The translations under genes and the position numbers were made by a program. DNA of 32,000 nucleotides from Nitrosomonas europaea (lineage in GTDB: Bacteria; Pseudomonadota; Gammaproteobacteria; Burkholderiales; Nitrosomonadaceae), in contig NZ_FUWK01000004.1 in NCBI RefSeq assembly GCF_900167395.1, positions 1 through 32,000 on the forward strand, given 5' to 3'. Positions 18,505 to 26,139 of the stretch are shown here, piece by piece (position 1 is the stretch's first letter; each line of letters opens with the position of its first letter). The notes under the pieces were generated by a model. It saw nothing but the letters and a program-made list of their open reading frames with translations. It did no database searches and was not told the DNA's origin.

Positions 18505-18735
18505 ATGACTATTATTGCAAAAGTAACCTCAAAGGGACAGACCACGATACCGGCTGATATTCGTGCAGCGTTGCGTATAAAACCGGGCGATTTGATTATC
18601 TGGGAAATGTCGGATGATGGTAGTGCACGCATTCGACGTGTACAACCGCTCGATATCGAATACTTGAAAGCAGTGGAGGGAACGCTTTCCGAGTGGGCAG
18701 GCGCAGCCGATGAGGAAGCTTATCGTGAGTTATGA
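18505..18735 (+). CDS. AbrB/MazE/SpoVT-family type II antitoxin
   Basis: 76 aa. MTIIAKVTSKGQTTIPADIRAALRIKPGDLIIWEM is a swapped-hairpin (SpoVT-AbrB) motif, followed by an acidic C-terminal tail. It overlaps the downstream toxin gene. Confidence 0.85.
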   Translation: MTIIAKVTSKGQTTIPADIRAALRIKPGDLIIWEMSDDGSARIRRVQPLDIEYLKAVEGTLSEWAGAADEEAYREL

Positions 18736-19075
18736 ACGTTTCACGGTATTGAAAGTGCCTTTTCCGTTTACCGACCGTACGGCTGCCAAAAACCGTCCGG
18801 CACTCGTACTCTCGGATGCAGCCACATTCAACGATCCAATCGGCCATTCGGTGCTGGCCATGATTACCTCAGCCGCCAATCCAGCCTGGCCGCTCGATTG
18901 CCTGATCGATGATCTGGTCAGTGCCGGTCTCCCGGCTCCTTCTGTCGTACGCTTCAAGCTGTTCACGCTCGATCACCGGCTGATACGTGGTGAACTTGGA
19001 CGACTTGCCGTCAGTGATAGTATTCAGGTCACACGATCTCTGTATCAGCTTTTCGGAATGGCTGCAGTGCGATAA
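18710..19075 (+). CDS. PemK/MazF-family type II toxin (endoribonuclease fold)
   Basis: 121 aa from ATG 18710; GTG 18725 is an alternative. RFTVLKVPFPFTDRTAAKNRPALVLSD...SVLAMITSA...LPAPSVVRFKLFTLD matches the MazF/PemK pattern. It overlaps the antitoxin by 26 nt (or 11 nt). Confidence 0.8.
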   Translation: MRKLIVSYERFTVLKVPFPFTDRTAAKNRPALVLSDAATFNDPIGHSVLAMITSAANPAWPLDCLIDDLVSAGLPAPSVVRFKLFTLDHRLIRGELGRLAVSDSIQVTRSLYQLFGMAAVR

Positions 19076-19106
19076 AGAAAGTCTTAAATGTTGCTTTTGT
19101 CTCATT

Positions 19107-19574
19107 TCATAAAAAACGATCCAGCAGCTTATTGCTGTGGCGATCCAGCATTGACCGGTCGCGAATCAGAAAATGGATGCCGTAACTGTCAGTAATCAGT
19201 AGGGTAGCCAGTGACAGACGACGGATATCTTCCTCTCCCTTGAGGATAAAGCAGGTTTCTCCCCGATCCGTCTGTACCTGCCAGGTGCTGGGTGTGGCGA
19301 AACTCGAAACTCTGTCGATACACTTTATCTCGGGCATGAATTCACGGCTGGCGAGTTCCTGTTCGATCAGAATACGTTCTGTCTCAGATAATTCAGCCAG
19401 GCTGTCTATCCAGGTCACTTCATGACCGTGGCCATCGACCAGTGCAATACCTTCATTGATGGCCGTGATCGGGAATGAGCGCACAGGCACTACACCTTCA
19501 TGGATCTGATCCTTTGTCGTGACGATCAGTTTGCCGAAGGCATTTCGGCTCAGTTTGCAGTCAGACAGATTCAT
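19107..19574 (-). CDS. DUF1854 family protein (function unknown)
   Basis: 155 aa. GKLIVTTKDQIHEGVVPVRSFPIT...LIEQELASREFMPEIKCIDRV...PSTWQVQTDRGETCFILKGEEDIRRL...LLITDSYGIHFLIRD...LDRHSNKLLDRFL matches my memory of the DUF1854 pattern. ATGA overlap with the upstream ABC gene. Confidence 0.75.
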   Translation of the reverse strand: MNLSDCKLSRNAFGKLIVTTKDQIHEGVVPVRSFPITAINEGIALVDGHGHEVTWIDSLAELSETERILIEQELASREFMPEIKCIDRVSSFATPSTWQVQTDRGETCFILKGEEDIRRLSLATLLITDSYGIHFLIRDRSMLDRHSNKLLDRFL

Positions 19575-21856
19575 ACACGGTTTCCTCGGATATCCATTAT
19601 TTTTTCGGATGTATCGGGTCGGTTTTCATCATCACTGCTGCGCGATTGGGATTGATAAAGCTGGTAATAATGTCCCTGGCGAGCCATTAGTTCTTCATGG
19701 TTTCCCGTTTCCACGATTCTGCCGTGATCCAGTACGACCAGCCGGCTTGCCTCCTGCAAGGTTGAGAGGCGATGGGCAATTGCAATGGTCGTTCGGCCGG
19801 AAACGAGATTATCGAGTGCTCCCTGGATTTCCTGCTCGGTTTGAGTATCGACTGACGAAGTGGCTTCATCCAGTATCAGGATGCGCGGGTCGATCAGCAA
19901 TGCCCGGGCGATGGAAATACGCTGTCTTTCTCCACCTGACAATGCCTGTCCACGTTCTCCCACCAGGGAATCATAACCGTAAGGCAGGCGCAGAATAAAT
20001 TCATGAGCATGGGCAGCACGTGCTGCTGCGATGATTTCCTTGCGGGAAGCACCAGGTTTGCCATAGGCGATATTCTCGGCAATGGTACCGAAGAAAAGAA
20101 AGGGCTCCTGCAGTACCAGCCCGATATGTTTTCGATACTCCGCGATAGGAAGCGCACGGATATCGACGCCGTCGATCAGAATGGAACCATCGGTGACATC
20201 ATAAAAACGGCAGATCAGGTTGATGAGCGTGCTTTTGCCTGAACCACTGTGTCCGACCAGTCCGATCATCTCACCGGGCTCGATCGTGAAATCAAGATTC
20301 TGGATAACCCGGCGTGTCCCGTAACGGAAACTGACGTTACGCAGCTCGATATGGCCTTTCATCACCGGCAGATGAACAGGTTTTACCGGTTCGGGAACGC
20401 TGGAAACGTGATCGAGAATATCGAAGATCCGTTTGGTTCCTGCGGCTGCCTTTTGTGTGGCCGAGACGATCCGGCTCATCGAATCCAGTCGCAGATAAAA
20501 GCGACCGATGTAGGCCAGAAAAGCAGTCAGTACACCAACGGTGATGTGGTCCTGTGATACCTGCCAGATACCGAAAATCCAGACGACCAGCAGACCGCAT
20601 TCTGTCAGCAACGTTACTGTGGGAGTGAACAGTGCCCAGACTTTGTTGACGCGATCATTGATTTCCACATTGCGCTGGTTGACTGTACGAAAGCGCTCGA
20701 TTTCCCTTTCTTCCTGCGCAAATGCCTTGACGACACGGATGCCGGGCAGGGTATCTGCCAGAACGTTGTTGACTTCAGCCCAGACCCGGTTGGTTTTTTC
20801 AAAACCGACGCGCAACCGGTCGCGAACCAGATGAATCAGCCAGGCAATGATCGGCAGAGGGAGCAGGGTGATGAGTGCCAGCCATGGATTGATCGACACC
20901 AGGATGATGACGGTCAGGGTGATCATGAGCACATCCGTGGCAAAATCGAGCAGATTGAGCGAAAGAAACAGGTTGATCCGATCAGTTTCCGCGCCGATAC
21001 GCGCCATCAGATCGCCGGTACGCTTGCCGCCGAAATAGGCTTGTGAAAGACTGAGCAGGTGCTCATAGGTCGTCGTTCGCAGATCTGCGCCGATACGCTC
21101 TGATACCCTGGCCAGTGTATAGGTGCGTAACCAGCCCAGTATCCATGCCAGGATGGCTGCTGCCAGCAGGCCGGACAGATAGAACGTCACCAGATCGACA
21201 TCGATTGGATGACCGTTCTGATACGGAATCAGCACATTATCCATGAGCGGCATGGTCAGATAGGGCGGCACCAGTGCGGCTGCGGTGCTGCCCAGCATCA
21301 GTATGAAACCGATGAGCAACTGCCATTTGTATGGCCTGGCGAAACGCCAGAGCCGGAACAGCGTCCAGGTGGAGGGTGGAGTGGCAGTTGCTTCCTGATC
21401 GCTGGCAGGGGAGCTTTCTGAAGCTGATTCATTATCCGCAACGTTGCTTCCGGTCAGTTCTGTCGCGGCGTCATGTGCGGTAATCAGCCGGGAAAAATGA
21501 GTAATCAGTTGATCCACCGCCTGATGCCTGCCCAGCGTGCAATGCCAGCAGGCAAGCCGCGCATGGGTATCAGACAATTCGATACTGCAAACGCCGGCAT
21601 GATCCTGATAAGTCAGTTTCATATCCTGCCGACAAGGCCATACCTGCCAGTTTTCATCGTTTGCCATTCTGGAGAAAATCCGGTGTGTCGTAATGACGAC
21701 CAACCCTGATGAAAAATTCAACTGACCGTCGAGATCGGTTTCCAGCCAGGCATGAATCTGCTCATGCTCATTGAGTATGGGGCCGATCCATGTTTGCCAG
21801 TGTGACGGAAAATCAGGGGGAACCGTATGGGGCAGATCGCTGATGTTGGATTGCAT
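19571..21856 (-). CDS. ABC half-transporter (fused TMD-NBD, exporter type) with ~165-aa N-terminal cytoplasmic extension
   Basis: 761 aa. Six predicted TM helices follow residue ~170. The NBD has Walker A GHSGSGKST, signature LSGGERQR and Walker B ILILDEATS. The N-terminal extension contains a bacterial-PH-like stretch (SGLVVITTHRIFSRM). Confidence 0.9.
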   Translation of the reverse strand: MQSNISDLPHTVPPDFPSHWQTWIGPILNEHEQIHAWLETDLDGQLNFSSGLVVITTHRIFSRMANDENWQVWPCRQDMKLTYQDHAGVCSIELSDTHARLACWHCTLGRHQAVDQLITHFSRLITAHDAATELTGSNVADNESASESSPASDQEATATPPSTWTLFRLWRFARPYKWQLLIGFILMLGSTAAALVPPYLTMPLMDNVLIPYQNGHPIDVDLVTFYLSGLLAAAILAWILGWLRTYTLARVSERIGADLRTTTYEHLLSLSQAYFGGKRTGDLMARIGAETDRINLFLSLNLLDFATDVLMITLTVIILVSINPWLALITLLPLPIIAWLIHLVRDRLRVGFEKTNRVWAEVNNVLADTLPGIRVVKAFAQEEREIERFRTVNQRNVEINDRVNKVWALFTPTVTLLTECGLLVVWIFGIWQVSQDHITVGVLTAFLAYIGRFYLRLDSMSRIVSATQKAAAGTKRIFDILDHVSSVPEPVKPVHLPVMKGHIELRNVSFRYGTRRVIQNLDFTIEPGEMIGLVGHSGSGKSTLINLICRFYDVTDGSILIDGVDIRALPIAEYRKHIGLVLQEPFLFFGTIAENIAYGKPGASRKEIIAAARAAHAHEFILRLPYGYDSLVGERGQALSGGERQRISIARALLIDPRILILDEATSSVDTQTEQEIQGALDNLVSGRTTIAIAHRLSTLQEASRLVVLDHGRIVETGNHEELMARQGHYYQLYQSQSRSSDDENRPDTSEKIMDIRGNRV

Positions 21857-21916
21857 TGATCACAAAAAAAGATAGTTTGGCGTAATGCGGAAACGGTTGT
21901 TGCTACCGTTTGAAGA

Positions 21917-21943
21917 AAATGACCGGATCGGATCCGGTCATTT
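21917..21943 (-). terminator. Hairpin terminator after the sigma/anti-sigma operon
   Basis: aaatgaccgga / tccggtcattt form a perfect 11-bp stem with a 5-nt loop, 27 nt past the anti-sigma stop. A second 7-bp hairpin (aaacggt / accgttt) lies just beyond it. The tail on the minus strand (tcttcaaac) is only partly T-rich. Confidence 0.55.
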
Positions 21944-21969
21944 CCCCGATAGGTTACTGCAGAAATGCA

Positions 21970-22659
21970 TCATTCATCGATTGTGGCGGTTGAATCCTGA
22001 GTATTTTCCGTATCGTAGGAATCAATGATGTCTTCGGAGTTTTGCAAATGATCACTGATGACACCAGTATCCTCTTCAGTCACTGAATCCTGATCATAAT
22101 TGGTTGTATAGGGGGCTTCAGCTGTATTTTCAGTCTCCTGAATCTCAGTAGAATCAAAGGAACGGGTGACGTCATCGGAATCTGCTGTGCCATTAGTACT
22201 ACTTTCAGTTTCTGAAGTATCGGCTTCACCGCCATAATTACCATGATCAGTATCCTCACGGGAATCCGTTTCTTCAACAATATCTTCATCGGCTGCTTCA
22301 TAGCCATTGGCAGTATCCTCGATTTCTTGCGACCCGATCGGTGGATCATTGGTAAGAATGACCGGAGTGAGTATGGTGTCATCGACCCTGTTATTCATTT
22401 GCCAATAACTGTGGATTGCGAGAAAAAGCAGCAGGCTTGCCGTCAGCAGCAATCTGCCGGCATGTGCAGAAAGCCAGTGATATCCGCTCTGGGCTGAAAT
22501 TCCAACACCTGCATGAAGCACTTTTTCTGCCGGCTGGTAATGTTCCAGAGCAGCTCTGCGCGCTGCCTGCAGACGGTACAGGGTGCCCGGAGTAACGTCG
22601 TTCAGACTGCGATCCAACAGCCTTGCTATGATCCTTCCCGTTTCTTCCTCTTCGTTCAT
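21970..22659 (-). CDS. DUF3619-type membrane protein (probable anti-sigma partner) with a long acidic C-terminal extension
   Basis: 229 aa with a 4-nt overlap with the sigma gene. The N-terminal part (RLLDRSLNDVTPGTLYRLQAARRAALEH...) plus a single TM helix (LLLTASLLLFLAIHSYW) matches the DUF3619 layout. It is followed by ~135 residues rich in D/E/T/S with no Lys. Confidence 0.7.
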   Translation of the reverse strand: MNEEEETGRIIARLLDRSLNDVTPGTLYRLQAARRAALEHYQPAEKVLHAGVGISAQSGYHWLSAHAGRLLLTASLLLFLAIHSYWQMNNRVDDTILTPVILTNDPPIGSQEIEDTANGYEAADEDIVEETDSREDTDHGNYGGEADTSETESSTNGTADSDDVTRSFDSTEIQETENTAEAPYTTNYDQDSVTEEDTGVISDHLQNSEDIIDSYDTENTQDSTATIDE

Positions 22660-23231
22660 CGTTTGACTCCTTTACTTTCCAGCAGAGCAGCGAGTGTATG
22701 TGCGGCACGGGAACAATGTGTCTTTACGCTTCCCTCCGAGCAATCCATGATTTTCGCTGTCTCGGCTACATCCATCTCTTCCCAGTAACGCAGCAGAAAG
22801 GCTTCCCGTTGACGTGGCGGTAAAGTTTCCAGTGCTTTGCTGATCAGTTCGATGAGCTCGGATTGTTCTGCCGCAGTACCAGGATTGTTTTTATAACCAA
22901 AATCCTGTGCCACCGGTAGTGATTCGGGGATATCCGAATATCCGGTTTCTTTTTCATTCGAATCAGGCATGAACGATGAGAACAAGGTCACCCAGAGTGA
23001 ACGGGATTTCTGCCGCCGGTAAAAATCACGAATGGTATTCTGTAAAATTCGCTGAAACAGGAGAGGAAGCTCGGTAAGTGATTTATGCGGGTATTTCTCG
23101 ACCAGCTTCATCATGGAGTCCTGCACGATATCCAGTGCGGCATGCTCATCCTGCACGGCGAATAATGCTTGCTTGTACGCACGCAGCTCGACTTCGCTCA
23201 GGAAATCAGAAAGTTCTTGCCGAGTAGCCAG
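22656..23231 (-). CDS. ECF-type RNA polymerase sigma factor
   Basis: Region 2 (AALDIVQDSMMKLVEKY...LFQRILQNTIRDFYRRQ) and region 4 (REAFLLRYWEEMDVAETAKIMDCSEGSVKTHCSRA). The frame is open upstream of the track start (an internal GTG at 23156) up to 23267, encoding (I)LATRQELSDFLSEVELRAYKQALFAV. The 5' end is set at the CTG at 23231, 6 nt after AAGGTGG. See the finding on this gene. Confidence 0.88.
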   Translation of the reverse strand: MATRQELSDFLSEVELRAYKQALFAVQDEHAALDIVQDSMMKLVEKYPHKSLTELPLLFQRILQNTIRDFYRRQKSRSLWVTLFSSFMPDSNEKETGYSDIPESLPVAQDFGYKNNPGTAAEQSELIELISKALETLPPRQREAFLLRYWEEMDVAETAKIMDCSEGSVKTHCSRAAHTLAALLESKGVKR

Positions 23232-23465
23232 AATGATCCACCTTGAGATTGGTAATATGCTTATGAATCATTTTCAGTAGCGCTGCTACCCGATAGCGTT
23301 CGTTTTTTACGCGGATTCTTCACGTGATTTTTTACATTGCGGTGAGCTTTCATCCAGTGCGGGCAGGAGCAGCGGCGGTATTATAGCTTTAGCGGTGATG
23401 AAACAGCCATATCGAGACTGATTCATATTGTTTTCAATTTCGCAGATCTGGCTGATCGGACTTGA

Positions 23466-23966
23466 TCACAATACCACTGGCCTGTCGGGGAGTTCACTTT
23501 TTCTTTTACCAGTGCTGGCTGGAAAAAATTGCTGCAAAACCCGGGTTGACAGATCGATTCCGGCAAGAACGCCCTGTTCGAACTGTCCGTGTCTAAAGGT
23601 GGTTTTCATGGTATCGCAGGCCGTTTCCCAGATAGTCTGATCGACTTTGGTGTGAATACCCCGATCCGCTACGATTTCTACATCATGATCTGCCATCAGC
23701 AGATAAATCAGCACACCATTGTTATGTTCAGTATCCCATACCCGCAGCAGGGAAAAGACATCGATAGCCCGTTCACGAATAATCTGGTTTTGCAGTAACA
23801 GAGGCAGATCGAGTGAGGCTTCTACCGCAAAGACGATTTCACCTCCGTGCAGAGTTTCAGAATGTGCAATGGCCTGTTCGATTACCGTCAGCGTGGCAGG
23901 TGGAAATGCCCGTTTTATAGCTGACTGGCCTGTGATGAGGTGTCGAAGAATACGCACAGGATCCAT
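23466..23966 (-). CDS. TPM-domain protein (cytoplasmic, TLP18.3/Psb32/MOLO-1 phosphatase-like family)
   Basis: 166 aa from ATG 23966 (MDPVRILRHL...); ATG 23984 is an alternative. It reads IEQAIAHSETLHGGEIVFAVEASL...NNGVLIYLLMADHDVEIVADRGI and is the third gene of a lemA-TPM-TPM set. Confidence 0.8.
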   Translation of the reverse strand: MDPVRILRHLITGQSAIKRAFPPATLTVIEQAIAHSETLHGGEIVFAVEASLDLPLLLQNQIIRERAIDVFSLLRVWDTEHNNGVLIYLLMADHDVEIVADRGIHTKVDQTIWETACDTMKTTFRHGQFEQGVLAGIDLSTRVLQQFFPASTGKRKSELPDRPVVL

Positions 23967-23977
23967 ATTTTTCCCTG

Positions 23978-24835
23978 TTACCATCTTCCTGAAGCACCAC
24001 CGCCCCCGAAACCACCTCCACCCCCACGGAATCCGCCACCGGAGAAACCTCCTCCAGGCCAGTTTCTGTATCCGGGCCCACCTCGATGTATGATTCTCCC
24101 AGTTTGTTCAAACAGGCTGATAACGAATATCGCAATGGCAATGAGCAAAGCAACCGCGATCGAGGATGAAATCAGCCAGGTGAGAGCACCTGCAATCGAA
24201 CCCGTGATCGTGGCGCCTGCCATTCTTCCGAACATGGATTGAAGCGTTCTCCCCAATACCAGTGCAATGAACAGAAAGGGAATGATGTTTTCTACCGCCA
24301 GGCTTGCTCCACCAGCCGGTTCAGATTCTGGCAGGGTTTCACCTTCGATGATGCTGATGATCTGTTCGACTCCGGCCTGTAATCCACCAAAAAAATGACC
24401 CTGCCTGAATTTTGGCACGATGATTTCATCGATGATGCGCCGGGCGAGAGCATCCGGCAGAACACCTTCAAGTCCATAACCCGTTTCGATGCGCAGGGTT
24501 CTGTCATTTTTGGCAACCAGCAGCAATACGCCATCATCGATACCTTTGCGGCCGAGTTTCCACACCTCGGCTACCTGTATCGAATATTGCTCGATGGTTT
24601 CGGGTTGCGTGGTCGGGATAATCAATAAGGCGATCTGACTGCCTTTTTTTGCTTCGAAATCGGTCAGCTGCTGTTCCAGCCGGGAAATTTCCATACTGGA
24701 GAGTGTTTCCGTCAGGTCAGTGACATGTGATTTGAGCAATGGTATGGCGATTTCGGCCAGTGCACCGTTGGCCAAGGCGAGCAGCAGTACCAAGGATAGT
24801 AGATTGATGCAGCGGATCATGACCGGATACCGCAT
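23978..24835 (-). CDS. TPM-domain membrane protein (YgcG-like) with a Gly-rich C-terminal tail
   Basis: The ATG at 24835 gives the signal peptide MRYPVMIRCINLLSLVLLLALANGALA; the track start lies inside lemA. It has a TPM domain (GSQIALLIIPTT...DDGVLLLVAKNDRTLRIETGYGLEG), TM helices and the tail GGGFSGGGFRGGGGGFGGGGASGRW. Confidence 0.8.
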   Translation of the reverse strand: MRYPVMIRCINLLSLVLLLALANGALAEIAIPLLKSHVTDLTETLSSMEISRLEQQLTDFEAKKGSQIALLIIPTTQPETIEQYSIQVAEVWKLGRKGIDDGVLLLVAKNDRTLRIETGYGLEGVLPDALARRIIDEIIVPKFRQGHFFGGLQAGVEQIISIIEGETLPESEPAGGASLAVENIIPFLFIALVLGRTLQSMFGRMAGATITGSIAGALTWLISSSIAVALLIAIAIFVISLFEQTGRIIHRGGPGYRNWPGGGFSGGGFRGGGGGFGGGGASGRW

Positions 24836-24863
24836 GATTTGGCGAAAATACCGGGAGGGACGA

Positions 24864-25493
24864 TCATTGTGCGGTGGCAGGCGCCCCAAAATCGACTGCT
24901 GGTGGAGTGGAGAGCGCTTTTTCATTTTCCACCGTGAAGTTGGGTTTTACTTTGAATCCGAACATCATCGCGGTGAGATTGCCCGGAAACGAACGCACCG
25001 TCACGTTATATTCCTGAACAGCCTTGATATAACGATTGCGAGCGACCGCAATGCGGTTTTCTGTCCCCTCCAGCTGTGCCTGCAAATCGCGGAAGTTTGC
25101 ATCTGATTTGAGCTGCGGATAGTTTTCCGCGATGGCCAGCAATCGCGACAATGCACCGGTCAGCTCGCCCTGAGCGTTCTGGAATCGAGCAAAGGCTTCG
25201 GGATCATCGATAAGCTCCGGCGATACCTGAATACTGCCAGCTCTGGAGCGAGCTTCGGTCACACCCAGCAGCACCTCTTTTTCCTGGGCAGCAAAACCTT
25301 TGACGGTATTGACCAGATTCGGAATCAGATCTGCCCGGCGCTGATACTGGTTGAGCACTTCCGACCAGCTCGACTGAACCTGCTCATTGGTAGACTGCAA
25401 CGTGTTATAACCACAGCCCCCCAGCATCGATACTAAAACCAGTAGAGAGGCAGGTGCCAGAAAATTCGTCAGAAAATTTAACAGTTTACGCAT
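24864..25493 (-). CDS. lemA: LemA family lipoprotein
   Basis: ATG at 25493 with AAAGGA upstream. It has a lipobox (LVSMLGGC), then YNTLQSTNEQVQSSWSEVLNQYQRRADLIPNLVNTVKGFAAQE...NRIAVARNRY, the typical LemA pattern. Confidence 0.9.
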   Translation of the reverse strand: MRKLLNFLTNFLAPASLLVLVSMLGGCGYNTLQSTNEQVQSSWSEVLNQYQRRADLIPNLVNTVKGFAAQEKEVLLGVTEARSRAGSIQVSPELIDDPEAFARFQNAQGELTGALSRLLAIAENYPQLKSDANFRDLQAQLEGTENRIAVARNRYIKAVQEYNVTVRSFPGNLTAMMFGFKVKPNFTVENEKALSTPPAVDFGAPATAQ

Positions 25494-25545
25494 AGTCCTT
25501 TCTCTGATTCTTCCTGAAACAATCAATACATTTGTTTATAGAAAA

Positions 25546-25887
25546 TCATTTCTTTCCGGCTCCGGCCCGTTTTTCTGCGATCGAGCCACCCAGACAGGGC
25601 GGGGATTCGCGTGCTGTTTCATTGCGAGCCTGCCACTCTGCAGGTGTCAGTGTATGCAGTGCCAGTGCATGAATCGAACGGATGATTTCTTGTGTCAACG
25701 TGGTATTGACCAGCCGATGACGCGCCACGAGCGTTTTGCCATCAAATGCGTCGGAAACGATCGTCACCTTGAAATGAGATTCAGATCCCTCCGGTACAGC
25801 GTGTCGATAGCTTTCGTTGATTACTTCCAGAAACTGTGGCTGCAATGATTGCAGGCTGTTCTCGATCCGGTTCTTCATTGTTGTCAT
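25546..25887 (-). CDS. bolA: BolA family protein
   Basis: [43 protein letters not shown]...[14 protein letters not shown]...SPPCLGG closely parallels E. coli BolA ([20 protein letters not shown]...ASPPCRG). Confidence 0.9.
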   Translation of the reverse strand: [113 protein letters not shown]

Positions 25888-26060
25888 TTTTACTGCGATC
25901 TCCAGTCGTTATCGTTGTAAACAAAACCAGTAGCTTCCACTGAGATTTTTTTCTACAGAACAGGTTCAACCCGCCGTAGAACTGTCAGGTTGTTTTACAT
26001 TCGACAAATCAGTATACAGATAAATTTTGTATCTTGTTGTTTATGAATTGTATTTTTATA

Positions 26061-26076
26061 TGGCATGGTTCGTGCT
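26061..26076 (+). promoter_or_regulatory. sigma54 (-24/-12) promoter candidate
   Basis: TGGCATggttcGTGCTt has GG and GC at exactly the consensus spacing (TGGCAC-N5-TTGCW). It lies 64 nt upstream of the ATG at 26140 of the PEP-CTERM gene. Confidence 0.55.
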
Positions 26077-26139
26077 TAATAGGGAATGGGGATATTCGGA
26101 GGTGCCGGGTATCACGCAATATTCATAAAGGAAAGGATC

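Noticed and set aside
22080-22382. 100-aa ORF in an alternative minus-strand frame within the anti-sigma acidic tail
   Set aside because: It is the same strand but out of frame with the DUF3619 ORF, which has the coupled start and TM helix. It is an artefact of the repetitive GA-rich codons.
23985-24075. CCACC/GCC-rich repetitive stretch that could be mistaken for a tandem repeat or spacer-repeat array
   Set aside because: It is the reverse complement of Gly codons encoding the Gly-rich tail of the YgcG-like protein. It has no regular repeat-spacer periodicity, and no CRISPR array was seen anywhere in the window.
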